From the NCBI RefSeq assembly GCF_006345805.1, contig NC_042998.1:172670001-172734000 (forward strand): DNA of 64,000 nucleotides, given 5' to 3'. The position numbers and the translations under genes are program-made. Of the stretch, positions 1 to 12,685 are shown in pieces. The notes beneath the pieces are model-generated. The model was not told the DNA's origin. It made no database searches and was given only the letters and a program-made list of their open reading frames with translations. Source of the DNA: Octopus sinensis (Eukaryota). The stretch's first letter is position 1, and every line of letters starts with the position of its first letter.

Positions 1-421
1 CTCCAGTTTGCGCTTCGCAGCTTTAACGTGAGAGTCAGTCCGCGCAGTCCGATCCCACTCTTTTGATTTGGAGATCTGCATACATCGGGTCAGCAGGCTA
101 AGGTGACTGGAGGTGACCAGAAAACTGTAGGTTTTACATTGGAGTGACCTTCTAGGGAACTGCCTTACAGGGCTGGAAAGCTCCACCAAAACGGGTGTCT
201 GGTGATATCACTTCGGGTCAGAGCAGATCTAGGAACAATAATGGTTGAAAGGTGGTTCCACACTTCTGAAAAACCTGAAACTTCCGAGCCAAGGTTCCAC
301 CATCTAGTGCAGTTTAAAGTCATACATAGGTCAAAATACATGGACAACGGGGTTTTAAATAAATGTCTGTAAAGTAAAGATGGAGTGGTCAAGTAGTTCG
401 TCTGCACTAAACTTGACATTA

Positions 422-1358
422 CGAGGTCTAATCAATAAGTATCCGGATTGTTGCCATAGTAACGAAGCTAAAGCACGCAGAGTAAAGCCACTTGGCAAAG
501 ATTGAGCTAAATGCTGATGTGCAAGCGCACTAAGTTTTAACGTTTTAGCTCACTTCCGCTGTTTACATCAGTGCTTGGTTGCGGCTCTCTCAGAACGTTC
601 GTCAATATCGACATTTTGCAGTTAAAGGAAGGTGTGTAGAGTGTGATCGTCTCATTGACGATGGCAAAGGAAGTTGTCATGGCGATACTTGCCCAAAGGC
701 CTACAGAATGTTGCAGAAAGTGTATGGAGAGGAGTGCACGAGCTGCACACAAGTGTACGAGTGGTGCAGACATTTCCAAGATGAAAAAATGTCGATATTG
801 ACGAACGTTCTAGGAGACGCGCAACCAGCAGAGCTGAGGAAAAGCATCGCAGATGTGCGTGCAGCTATGAGGGGAAATCGTCGAATCCCCATCCGTGAGT
901 TATTAGAGAATGTGCAGATTAGTTACAGTTCAGTTCAGTCCATTATCACTGAAGATTTGGGTATGAGACGCGTGTCTGCCAAGTTTGTGGCAAAATTACT
1001 TTCAGCTGACCAAAATGACACTCGGGTTTCAGTTGTACAAGATCTCCTTCATTGTTTTGAGAAAGATGAAAACTTTTTGAAAACTTTGCGTAGGCCTCTG
1101 ATCGGGTATCGCCAAGCTTTTGGCAAAATTTGATGCAGATTCTCCGCTCAACTCTCTCTGTAATGGTCAATGCAGCGATCACAGGCTACACACCTCCCTT
1201 CCAAGCACTGCCTTAAACAGCGGAAGTGAGCTGGAATCCTAAAACTTAGTGCGCTTGCACAACAAAGTTCAAGGTCAATATGTACCAAGCGGCTTTACCC
1301 TACGTGCTTTAGCGTCGTTACAATGGCAACAGTTCAGATACTTATTGATCAGACCATG
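422..1358. mobile_element. Fold-back mariner (Tc1/mariner) derivative: two diverged 5' ends in inverted orientation around an N-terminal transposase fragment
   Basis: TA at 420-421 and 1359-1360. Left end cgaggtctaatcaataagtatccggattgttgccat matches the reverse complement of the right end (catggtctgatcaataagtatctgaactgttgccat), and homology extends ~280 bp. The + ORF 579-1133 has mariner N-terminal motifs (YEWCRHF, IITEDLGMRRVSAKFVAKLL). The - ORF 946-1182 has RRICIKFCQKLG. Confidence 0.9.
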
Positions 1359-1834
1359 TATAATTAATGTTATTATTAACTAGATTTCTTGTTTATCATT
1401 ACCGAATTGAAATGATCTAAGTGATTATCAAGATTATTTCATATTGAGTTTTACTAATTTCTTTATCAGGAAGTATCTTATTTTCAACAAGGATAAATGA
1501 CTAAGGTGAAAAGTTCAGCCCATTACAAGAAAACAATATCAGTAATAAAGAGATTAAACGATATGAAGTTTTGAATTGCCAACTATAACATCCTGAGTGT
1601 ATGGAAAAAAGTAAAGAATTTATTAACGATAATACATCCATCTCCCAACTCAGTTAAACATAGATTTAATTATATCGGAAAAATGTAAAAGAATCTCTTA
1701 TATCTTGCACACAGGAGAAATCAGTTATTTGTTCATCACAAGTGCATGAGAACACATGCATACATAAAATTCTAGTTTGATATTCTTCGTAACCTACAGA
1801 TAAATGTAAGTACCATTTGCTTCTAATAGTGGCA

Positions 1835-2010
1835 CAGAGACTGACAGGGTGGTGTCAGTTGATTAAACCAACTTGATTGGTACTTTATTTCGTTGACCAC
1901 TCAGGCATGAAAGGCAAAGTTGACCTCAGAAGGATCGGAACTCAGGTTAGCAGCAAATACCGCAAGGCACTTTGTACAACACTAATGATTCTGCCAGTAT
2001 GTCGCACTTG
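1835..2010 (-). mobile_element. Diverged tRNA-type SINE (family B)
   Basis: Reverse complement of the ...gagttc...gaggtcaactttgcctttcat...aaagtacca... core also seen at 23299, 42140 and 60608. Confidence 0.7.
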
Positions 2011-2176
2011 GTTTAAAACTAATAAATCCTCTGAGCAAAATATTCGTGGACATTAATTTTTGTAACAGCTTAAAATACTAAAAATATTTTTGTTCAACAG
2101 TCCTATATTTTAGTGATGAGGAATTATGTGTAGTATTTACAATTGACGGATATTTGTCATCATCTTGTTTGTTGTT

Positions 2177-2224
2177 AAGACAACGTTTCGGCTGATAAAC
2201 CCTCCAGCCTTCATCAGGTGTCTT
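2177..2224 (-). ncRNA. Minimal type-I hammerhead ribozyme motif in PLE terminal repeat (degenerate partner at ~3706-3757, +)
   Basis: gacac-CTGATGA-a-GGCTG(gagggtttat)CAGCC-GAAAC-GTT. Stem I is best reconstructed with the right arm (gtgtt). Confidence 0.7.
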
Positions 2225-2404
2225 GGGGAAATTTCGAACCTGGGTTTTCATTCCTAAGATATTTTTCGACGTTATTATTATTATTATAATTATTATTCAG
2301 GTCACTGCCTGGAATCGAACTCGTAATCTTGGGGTTAGTAGCCCGCGCCCTTAACCACTACACATATGCCCATGGGCAATTCTGGAGTGAATGAATTTTA
2401 GGGC

Positions 2405-3340
2405 TTATAAATCTAATATTTTCCTATCCTTCCTTAATACCGGTTCCCATATGCTATTCATATCTGCACTCGGTCTGCTTAGGAGGTTGTGTCCTAGTAT
2501 ATGTGCTGCTTCTTTTAGTTTCGTATTTCTGTCTATTATTTTAACTTCATCCCACAGGGGGAGGTGGTCTCCATTTTTCCATACATGATCTGCTATACCC
2601 GATTTATCAATATCTTCTTGTGTTAGCTTTGCGATGTTTGTCTACCCTTATTTTGAGGGAGCGGCATGTTCCACCTTTGTATAACTTACCACAGCTGCAT
2701 GGGATTGGGTACACGAAGTTTTTCGTCATTATTCTCTTTTACTGGTGGTTTTAGCCGAAGGCGATATTTGTGAAGTGTTGTATTACTCTTGAATACTTTC
2801 ACATAGAGTAGATAGACTGTAGACAATTTATTGTTTGCATCCTCTCTTTTCTTCATAATTGGAGTGGATAGTATGTTTTGGGGGTATTTGTTGCTTAATA
2901 CATTGTTACGGAGCTTGATCATTTTCTCGTGGTGGGTATCTCGATCGCTACTTATATTCTTTGCTCGAGATACTGAGCAATTCCTCTCTTTACACTGTAT
3001 GGATGGTGGGAATTGAAGTTGAGGTATCGTCCAGTGAAGGTCGGCTTGCGGTATACGGATGTCCCGAATCCATACTTGGTGCATGTTATTAATATGTCCA
3101 GTAATTCTAGTTGATTCTCTTTTTCCTTTTCCATTGTGAACTGTATGGATTGCTTTATTGAGTTCACATGATCTATCAGCAGAGAATACAGGTGTCATCA
3201 ATATATCGAGGCATAGGGTTGGTTTTAGTGATATTGATCCTAATGTCAAAATTTGCAAAGTATTCCATGTATATATTGGCTATTATCGGTGATAATGACG
3301 AACCCATAGCTAAACCCTTTTTATGTTGATATATCAGTGT
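2405..3340 (-). pseudogene. Degenerate PLE reverse transcriptase (motifs B, C, thumb) plus GIY-YIG endonuclease
   Basis: GLAMGSSLSPIIANIYME; RYIDDT; SIQFTMEKEKENQLELLDILI..TSVYRKPTFTGRYLNFNSHHP; IPCSCGKLYKGGTCRSLKIRV..SGIADHVWKNGDHLPLWDEVKIIDR..KLKEAAH. Several frameshifts and deletions. Confidence 0.9.
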
Positions 3341-6300
3341 CCATACTCAAATAGATAGTTTTTACATTATTTACATTTGACGGATATATAGACAGAGAAC
3401 ACCACTGGAAAATGCGAAAACTAAAAGAAGCAGCACATATTCTAGGGCATAAAACCTCCTAAGCAGACCGAGTGCAGATTTGAATAGCATATGGGAACCG
3501 GTATTAAGGAAGGATAGAAAAATATTAGATTTATGAGCCCTAAAATTCACTCCATAATTTCCCACGGGCATATGGTGTAGGGGGTTAAAAGTGCGGGTTA
3601 TTAACCCCTAGATACCGAGTTCGATGCCAGGCAGTGACCTTAATAATAATAATAACAATATCGAGAAATATCTTAGGGATGAGAACCCAGGTTCGAAATT
3701 TTCCCAAGGCACTTGATGAAAGTTAGAGGGTATATCAGCCGCCGAAACGTTGTGTTAACAACAAACAAAATGTGGACAAATATCCGTCAAATGTAAATAA
3801 TGTCTATTTTAAATTTCCTAAGTGGAAATTAATAAATGCATAAGCGTAATAACATTCTATAATTTATTGAACAAATGTTGCAAGTTATAATATAAAACTG
3901 GACATATACTGTGAAGATGAGCAAAATGAAGAAAGCAAAACTTACGTGGGAGATAACTTAGCAAATATTAATGTGAAAGGTGATTTAGCGTGCTATGCGA
4001 GCTAGATTGTCTGAAATCTCATTCAAGAAGATTTAGTTTTGAAACTTATTTCTCAAGAGAATTAGATTTAGATTTATAATGCACAAACGAGTATTTTCTT
4101 CAAGTTCACGAAAAATGGAAGCAACGAATTGTAAAAGGAAATCGTAAGTTCACTTCCGAATGAATTTCTAAGAAATTTGGATTTTATTCTCTTTTATTCA
4201 GTGTTTGATTTTCTTCAAATTTTCTACACCGATGTAGTTTTGCATGCTAATTGCAAGACTCAAAATAATTATTACAAAAATTAATAATAATAATAAAACG
4301 TTACACTGCATTAAAGTTTTAAATTTATGCTAATTTTATCCAGCCGGAAATCTTCATTATCGCCATGCTGGATGTCGAACTTGTCTGTTTTCAAAGATGC
4401 AACATCTCTCATCTCATACTTGTTCGATCAAGTTTTTCAATCAGTGCTCGCCATATGTTTTTCAAAAGCAAATTATTATGAGTGTGTAGAAACATTGAAT
4501 TGGAGAATTTAAAGATGGAAAGAACGTGGCTAGATTTTTTATTTTCAAGAGAAAGGGATAATTCCGTTGATGTGTCGCAGTTGATGTGCTATAAGGATGA
4601 CATTAGTTCACGGCAGCCTCTTCTAGCCCCGTAACAGGGCTAGATGTAACTAACTCCTGTCTGTGAAAAAGAAAAGGCACATGGTTTTAGAACCGTAGCT
4701 CTGTTCTTCTATTTCTGGTTCGTGGAACTGGTCATGGTCTGATTTTGTGGTGGGAAGTAGGGCATGATCCACGACACAACCGTTGATCATAATAGCTATG
4801 TGGATAGGCCCAGGTTCACAACTAAAAAGTGATGTGGTTCTGGACCAGATTTTAAAATTGATGAAACAGTGTTCTAGAGATGAAGTATAAATTGAAGGAG
4901 GGTGGGTTTATGGCAGTGTGGGTCGCGAAACACACTGGCTGTTTCTATATGCCATGCTATGTCGTAAGCGCTTCACACTGGAGAAGTGTACCAAGTCATT
5001 TCTGTCGGAAACCACTATATACAATGACTTGTGGTGAACATACACGTTCAAACCACGCATATAATCGTTTCAACTTCAGTATGGAACATTGAACTACATT
5101 ATTAAATTTGTCAAGTTACAGAACGGAAAGCACTTGGTCTGCTTCAAACTAAAAAATAAACAATTCAATGGCACTCATCGTTCTATAATTGACTTATATC
5201 TCGTAGAGTTCATGTGGCAGTGCACATTAAAAGAAGCACAAATCTTCCACAAACTGTTTGAGTGCATCATACAATTTCATTCCGGATTTGTTTTCTTTCT
5301 TTCATTTCGAGAGTTTTCACCAAATTTTCTATATTTAAATCATTTGTAACATTTTCATTTCTTTTATTAATTTTTTAATCTCTAAAGGGGTTTCGTAATC
5401 GAATTCTCTTTCATTAGAATTTTATTCTTTTTTATTCATTAAAAAGAAAAAAATAAATGTCAGGATTTCGTAATGTTTCAATTACCTTATCATCAACAAA
5501 TGAACGTTGTGGCTTCCGGTATTTCGATACTAGAGGTTTGCAACTGAAAAAATGATCAAAAATTTCAAACTTTAAAAATTTGTAACTATTAATTTGTATA
5601 AAATGTTAATGAGTTTCGTAATTAGAATGCAAAACTACATCAGTGAAGGAAATTGGATAAAGTGAACGCTGCGAATGAAATGGATAAGATCCCAAATTTT
5701 AGATAATACTCCAACTCCAAGGGATTTAAAATATTGCACTACCCCAAGAACACTTTTTAGTTTTAATAATAAAACTTTTAATGAATATATTACCCCATGC
5801 ATGCTAACAAAATGTTGCTAAAGATCATTCCGTTAAAAGAGGAATTGAAGAAATGTTGCAGTAAATTGAACCAGAAGCGAATTCCTTAATTGAAATTTTG
5901 GAAAAAATTGTAACGTCTCCCTAACTTTTATATAAGTTGTCAAAAAGAATATTCAAATTTACAAAAAAAAAAAAAAATAAATAAATAAAGGCAGTTTGAA
6001 TGCACAAATGCAAATTAGGTTTGCCTGCTTTGGTTTTCCTAAAGAACCCGATGGAAAAATCTGTTTCGAACAAGATTTACGCTCGAAATTTTCTTTCCAT
6101 ATTTTTGTATAATTATTTGGCATAATAAACAGAATTACCCAATACATTAATATATCCCAAATTAACTCACACTGATGTTTTGCATTCTTTATTTTCATGA
6201 GTAAATACATTTAGCTTCCAGCTTTTGTTCAGTATATTACAGAATTTTATGAAGTCTATTTCTTTCTTATAAACCAAAAAAAGAAAGAAAAAAAATACGC

Positions 6301-6862
6301 GGAAAATATACAAAATAAATATACTTTAAAACATATAAAAGTTTGTTTTTAGTTATTTCAAAACAATTTAAATACAGTAAACTGCAAGTATCGTCAGGGC
6401 GGCCGATAAAATACAGAGCGGTATTTCTTCCAGCACATTATATTTTGAGTTCAAATTGCTTTTCATCCTTTCGGGGTCAATAAAATAACATGTATCAGTT
6501 GAGCGCAGGTGTTGAGGCTATCGACAAACTCTATCCCCCAACAAAATTTCAGAAAGGAAACAAATGCTTAGCGGCATTTCTTCCAGCTCTTTTTGTCTTA
6601 ATTTTAAATCATTCCGAGGTCGATTATGTCTTTAATTCTTTGGGGGTAGATGAATTAAAATCGATGATTCTATCAACTAATCCCTACCATTTAATATTTC
6701 TGGTATTGTTTCTAAATTAGAAACTGTTAACAAACTTTTTAAAAGAACTATGGTGTTGTATTAACAAAATCGTTGCGCTATCAGACAAAATGTTTTGCTG
6801 CATTTGCTTCTGTTCTGTACGCTATGCGGCCAAATTTGCTTTCTTCCTTTTAAAAAAATAAA

Positions 6863-7030
6863 GGCGCAGGAGTGGATGTGGGGTAAGGAGCTTGCTAACC
6901 AACCACATGGTTCCGGGTTCAGTCCCGCTGCGTGGCATCTTGGGCAAGTGTATTCTGCTATAGCCCCGGGCCGACCAATGCCTTGTGAGTGGATTTGGCA
7001 GATGGAAACTGAGATAAGCTGTCGTATATA

Positions 7031-7071
<41 letters not shown>

Positions 7072-7285
7072 TTGTGTGTCTGTGTTTGTCCCCCTAGCAT
7101 TGCTTGACAACCGATGCTGGTGTGTTTACGTCCCCGTCACTTAGCGGTTCGGCAAAAGAGACCGATAGAATAAGTACTGGGCTTACAATAGAATAAGTCC
7201 TGGGGTCGATTTGCTCGACTAAAGGCGGTGCTCCAGCATGGCCGCAGCCAAATTACTGAAACAAGTAAAAGAGAGAAAGAGAGAG
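6863..7285 (+). mobile_element. tRNA-headed SINE (family A) with internal (TA)/(TG) tract
   Basis: A/B-box-like head (tggggtaag...ggttccgggttcagtccc) and cttgggcaagtg central motif. Near-identical copy at 38916-39310. Confidence 0.85.
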
Positions 7286-7293
7286 TACTAGTC

Positions 7294-7510
7294 AAGGCGG
7301 CAAGCTGCCAGAATGGTTACCGCACCGGAAAAAATGCTTAGTGTTACTTCTTCCGACTTAACGTTCTGAGTTCAGATGCTGCCATGGACGACTTTGCCTT
7401 TCATCCATTCCGGATCGATAAAATAGGTACCCAGTGGTTGAGCACTGAGATCGATATAATTAACTTAACTCCTCCCCCTAAATTACTACCCCTGTGCCAA
7501 ACTTTGAAAC
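7294..7510 (+). mobile_element. SINE family B
   Basis: aaggcggcaagctgccagaa...gttctgagttca...gactttgcctttcatcc matches other family B copies. Confidence 0.8.
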
Positions 7511-8324
7511 TTATATTACTTGTAAATTAAGAACATTGAACTAAGAGAATCGTTAGATCATTAGAAAAAAATACTTTGCAATATTAGTTCCAGTACAAGC
7601 TGAACACTGGGGTCGACGTAATCGTCTTAAGCCATCCTCTGAATTGCTGGCTTTGTGCCAAAAATTGAAACTGATATTAATTCCAGTCTTTATATTCTGC
7701 GTTTCAATCACACTAGCTCCATCTTTGCCTTTTAACACTTCGAGGTCAATAAAGCAAAACACCAGCCAAGTACAAAGTCAATTTAATTAGTTAACAGCGA
7801 GCCCTCAGATGTCAGGTCTTGTGCCTTTGTTAGAAACATTTATTACTTGTATAGGCTTTAGAGCGGTGCGCTAAAAATATTATGAAGAACATTGATCCTG
7901 AAAAGTCGAAATCGTTGTGCTCCGATGAATATGTATCAGTGTGGTCCTGTTCGTAGAGGGTAAAACAAATTTTAATAAATGCGGAGAACATGATTATCTC
8001 ATCTTTTAATTAAACTGTGTAAAATCATAGCATTCCTCATTTGAGTTGATTCTCGTCTCATTAACCATTATAGAAACGGCTACTGTTTCAACATATTTTG
8101 CGACCCTACAGAATGGTCAAAATATTTATAAGTGTTAAATGAACTATTAGTCCAAAAATTGTAATACTGAAGTTAGAGGTTCATTACCTCATTTTTATTC
8201 AGTGGGCGTTTTTTGTCTTCTCCCATTAATATTCTAACCATCATTCACCTCATCAATGTCTTTGTCCAGCCCGCAAGCTACTTTGTATCATGCTTTTATG
8301 GCAAATGTTTTGAAATAAAGTAGC

Positions 8325-8470
8325 ATACTTATCAACCACATGGTTCTGGGTTCAGTCCATGTGCGTGGCACCTTGTGGCAAGTGTCTTCTACTATAGCCT
8401 CGGGCAGACCAAAGCCTTGTTAGTGGATCTAGTAGACGGAAACTGAAAGAAGACCGTCGTATATATATAT
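8325..8470 (+). mobile_element. SINE family A, 5' part
   Basis: caaccacatggttctgggttcagtcc...gtggcaagtgtcttctactatagcc...gacggaaactgaaagaag. Confidence 0.75.
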
Positions 8471-8996
8471 ATAAGTATATTAAGTTTATGATTTAAGTTA
8501 TAGATCGAAGTTCACCAATTTCAATCATATTTTTCATAAATGGAGGAAATTAGATGTTAATATGGAATAAAATATATATTTATTCATTTCGGTATATGAT
8601 CGCTTCGTACAGAAAAACAATAAATTCATTTTAAGAATCTGAGTAGCACAATACGAAAAAAATAATAAAAAGTAAATAAATAAAAAAGAGGGACTTTAAA
8701 ATTACAGGGGTACGGTGTTTTTACTAAGTTTTTTAATGTGTATTTGTTCTTGGAGTCTTGTCTATTTAAACACTTTAGAAGGCATGTCTATTTAAGAGAC
8801 TTATGTTAAAAGACTTTGACAACACAGATTCTTAGAATGAATTTATTGTCTTTCTGTACGAAACAATCGTATAGTGAAACGAATAAAAATATTTTATTCC
8901 ATATTAACATCTAATCTCCTCTATTTATGAAAAACATGATTGAATTTGTCGAACTTCGTTCTATAACTTAAATCATAAACTTAATATACTTATATA
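8467..8996. mobile_element. Fold-back/MITE-like element with ~185 bp imperfect inverted arms
   Basis: tatataagtatattaagtttatgatttaagttatag...ttaagaatct (to ~8640) is reverse-complementary to agattcttagaatg...ctataacttaaatcataaacttaatatacttatata (8827-8996). Confidence 0.8.
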
Positions 8997-9102
8997 ACCT
9001 TTCATATCTACGCCAATTTGCATCAGTAAATTCAAAGTAAAGTATGAAAAATCAACGTTTGAAATCTTTTGGAAACTATTCCAATTAAAGGACAAATATA
9101 TA

Positions 9103-9148
<46 letters not shown>

Positions 9149-9195
9149 ATATATATATATATATATTATATATATATATATTATATATATATATA

Positions 9196-9350
9196 AGGAT
9201 AATATCGATATTTAAATATCGATATTATCTAGTGGCCAGCATGGGAAAAATACCATACAAAGGTAATAATTTTTTTACAACTAAAAATAAGGGTGTCTGA
9301 GAGACACCACCATGCCGAAATAGCAGTCAAAACCCTGACTCTAAGAACCA
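9196..9350 (+). mobile_element. PLE-like terminal fragment next to (TA)n, with a terminal hairpin and a degenerate hammerhead
   Basis: Palindrome gataatatcgatatttaaatatcgatattatc, then gggtgt-ctga(-)ga-gaca(ccacca)tgcc-GAAA-tagcaGTC-aaaaccc. Related to the fragment at 9563-9745. Confidence 0.5.
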
Positions 9351-9647
9351 CATTAAATGTTCATATCGCACATGAGATAAGACAGAGAGACAAAATAGAC
9401 TAGTAAAAAGTATTACTGAATAATTCAAGATCCTGGATTTCTAGCTTTGCTTTAAATATAAGCTTTGCCTCATCAGTTGAATAAATCAGATAGGCACATA
9501 AATACAAATAAATATATGCAGAACATATATATATCTATATATATATATATATATATATATTTAATGTAGGATAAAATTTTTTCGAAAAAAAAATTTTATC
9601 AATGTCCAGCATATTAAAAAATACCTTTAAAGGTTAAAATTATAAAC

Positions 9648-9838
9648 AACTTATAAATAAGGGCAAACGAAAACATTTCTAATGCCAAATATGCCGAAAT
9701 TGGAACTATTGTCCATAACCATTTAATTTTTCACAATACGCATTGTGCGTATTGTGAAAAATTAAATGGTTATGGACAATAGTTACAATTTCGGCATATT
9801 TGGCATTAGAAATGTTTTCGTTTGCCCTTATTTATAAG

Positions 9839-9840
<2 letters not shown>
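9648..9840. repeat. Near-perfect palindrome, 95 bp arms, 3 nt spacer
   Basis: Arms 9648-9742 and 9746-9840 with one mismatch; abuts (TA)n. Confidence 0.95.
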
Positions 9841-9880
<40 letters not shown>

Positions 9881-9883
<3 letters not shown>

Positions 9884-10109
9884 GGAGTAAACACATAAGT
9901 GTGAAACAAGGTGGAAAAAAGAGTACTCAAATACCAGTGGTAGAGTAATATGCTTTATTTAAAGCAGCAGAAAATTCAACAAAATCTGTTACTCTGAGTT
10001 TCTCGTTGCCGTTCATCAGACAGTTTTTCTAGCAAAAACTGTCTGATGAACGGCAACGAGAAACTCAGAGTAACAGATTTTGTTGAATTTTCTGCTGCTT
10101 TAAATAAAG
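9881..10109. mobile_element. Hammerhead-bearing PLE-like terminal unit with a perfect fold-back (76 bp arms 9953-10028 and 10034-10109)
   Basis: Each arm contains ctgt-CTGATGA-a-cg(gcaa)cg-a-GAAAC-tcaga-GTA-acag. Flanked by (TA)n on both sides. Confidence 0.8.
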
Positions 10110-10140
<31 letters not shown>

Positions 10141-12685
10141 GTTGTTTTAACTATAATACAAGTAGACTCGATAAACTATACAAGGTTGCTTTACAGTACC
10201 TGGTGAATTTGATAGCACTGTGATACCAATACAATTTGTGGAAGAGACCGAGTTTGTCATCAGGAAGTGGCGTTGTTATGTATTGCATGAAGTCAATTAC
10301 AAATTAGCATGTGTTGACATGGTTATAATCAACTATGAGTGCGTAGGGCATCGCAATTGACTATGTGAGTGAACGGCAGAAGTTGCTAGCCCCTAAAGTG
10401 TATTTTATAACCACCAACTATGCTGATTAATAGAAGTTCGTATAAATACCACAAGCCATTATATACTTCTTTACAACTAACTTAGTAGCTATCACAACGC
10501 TAGTAAAACTTAAAACTTCAGATTATAAAATTCAATATTCCGTGTACTGAAAGTCATGTAAAGGAAAATTTTCAAAAATGTTGTTGTCTGGTTAATAAAT
10601 TTACTTTAAGAGATTACATGCAGTTAGCCTTGAGGGAATAAATACAAAGTCATCTATATTTTCATCTAAAATATGTATACGCATAAATTTTCGATAACAT
10701 ATGCAGAAGCGGTTTCAAAAGGAGGCACCGTTTCTTCATTGTTTGGAAAGAAGCAAATTAAGAAAAGAAACTAGCATTTACGCTACAATCACAAAAGGAA
10801 CAATTAAATAGAAACGTAACACCAGACACAGAAAAGATGACAAAAATCAACAATTACATCAGCAATGTTGATGTCCCATAACATTTGTTAATATTTTCCA
10901 TTCCTACCGCTCACCATCTATCTCATTCTCTCTCTCTTTCTCGCTATCTCTCTCCTATAGCTCCTACTTCGAATATAACGAAGTCATGTATTCAACTGAT
11001 TAATTTAAGGCGAATGTTTGCTGCCAGACAGTTTTCAAAAATTTCATCAACCATTAACAACATGAGACAATTTTTGATACCGTGCTATAGAACGTGAGTT
11101 TTAATGCAAAGTATATAGTGAAGGTAATATGAAAAATAGATCATGTTAAATCCATCTCAACAGGTGAATCGTAGGCTGTCGTTGAGAAAAACCATTTAAA
11201 ATTCTACGTGAAAAGTTACAAAGTAGGATGCCGTGGGAAGAACATATCACCATTATACGTAACATTGTAACATAAAGACTTGGTGATTATTCAGAGCAAA
11301 AGTTGTTGTAAATAAACAGAATATAATAAGGAGAACCAAAAAGAATATATAAAGAAGCGCTTCAAAGAAAAAATCTGAAAAGTTATAAAATATGCATGTT
11401 GAACTTGAATGAATATTTCTCATTGTAAACTCAATAAACTCAACAACTTTCAAATGAAAATTACCATGACCGCAGATAAATCAAGCAAATTTAAACAATT
11501 CATTACGAAGAGTCTGCGGCATATAATACATGTTACTGCAATAACAATATTTTACGAAATGACTGAAGGCATCGCTCTCCCCATGAATCGCAGTGCTATA
11601 TTGTCACTGATGTGTGAACGATGTTAGAAGTCAAAAATCGAGCTCACAAACATCACCTGTTACTTTCCTAACAAACAACTTTTCAAAAGTCGAGCACACA
11701 AACATCGTTCTTTGCTTTCATATCTGATAATAAACTGAACAATTAATTGGTTCACTGGAGTTATATTTGAATTCAAATGACTAACGATGTAACTGTTCGT
11801 GAATTTATTAATGTTATTAATGAAAAAATTGGGAATTATTAATAACATTATTTCCCAGATATAGATATATTTTCTAAAAGTAAAAACTCTTATATCCTTT
11901 GTGTAATCAAATTACCTGCGAGTATAATAGAAGCCTAGAAGAAAAAAAAGAAATTACAATTTTCTTATAAGATAAGAAAATTATGAACGAACGGAATATT
12001 TAATGCAGATGTGAGGAGACATCTGATCAAATATTCAGTTAAGTGAACGGAATTAAAAATAGATACAAGTACATACACACAGACATATACGCTGACACAA
12101 AAAACATTGAACATAAAAATAAAATGGTAAGACATAGAAGGAAATCTCTGTTTATGGACAACTATACACTAAGAGACAACAGTCTACAAATAGAAAGTTA
12201 CTGCTAGCCTATAATACAATTGTACCTGAGTGCACTCTGCTGTTGAAACAAAGTCCTTAAAATTTTTTAGAGTTTTAGGAAGATATCAAGGCAATACATA
12301 AAGAAACAATATAGTTATATAAATGTCTTTTACCATTATAAATGAAAACATCAGACGTGTTTATAGCATCAATTTCAAACTCTTAGATGGTTACGTTAAT
12401 TATAAAAAGTAACGTTTATCGTCACTTCAACATGGCTGTTCGATAAGAGCCGATGTTACTACCGCTTTTAACCCCTGGGGGAACCTCCTCCAGCTCGTTA
12501 TCGATGCAATCTGCACCCGATGTATATTGCAAGCAGTGAAGTGAACCCCTACCATCTTCTAGCAGATGACGGGACCATCAGACTGTATGGTTTCGAGTTA
12601 TTTGTACTCATCCCTAGTGGTGGACACCCGTCCGTTAGAGATTGTAATAATTCGCTCCAGTTCATAATATATCGAAAAGTATGTT

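Larger units (their letters stand above)
2135..3798 (-). mobile_element. 5'-truncated Penelope-like element with an inverted copy of its 3' terminal repeat (arms ~2135-2535 and ~3388-3798)
   Basis: Arms are reverse-complementary over ~400 bp. Between them, the minus strand encodes PLE RT and GIY-YIG remnants. Confidence 0.9.

Noticed and set aside
1-420. GC-richer segment with ORF 165-419
   Set aside because: No recognisable motif in any frame inspected; probably a truncated repeat, not assignable
4620-5070. Several small hairpins (ctagccc..gggctag; caagtcatt..aatgacttg; gtggtgaac..gttcaaaccac)
   Set aside because: Short stems, no repeat copy or family motif; compatible with chance
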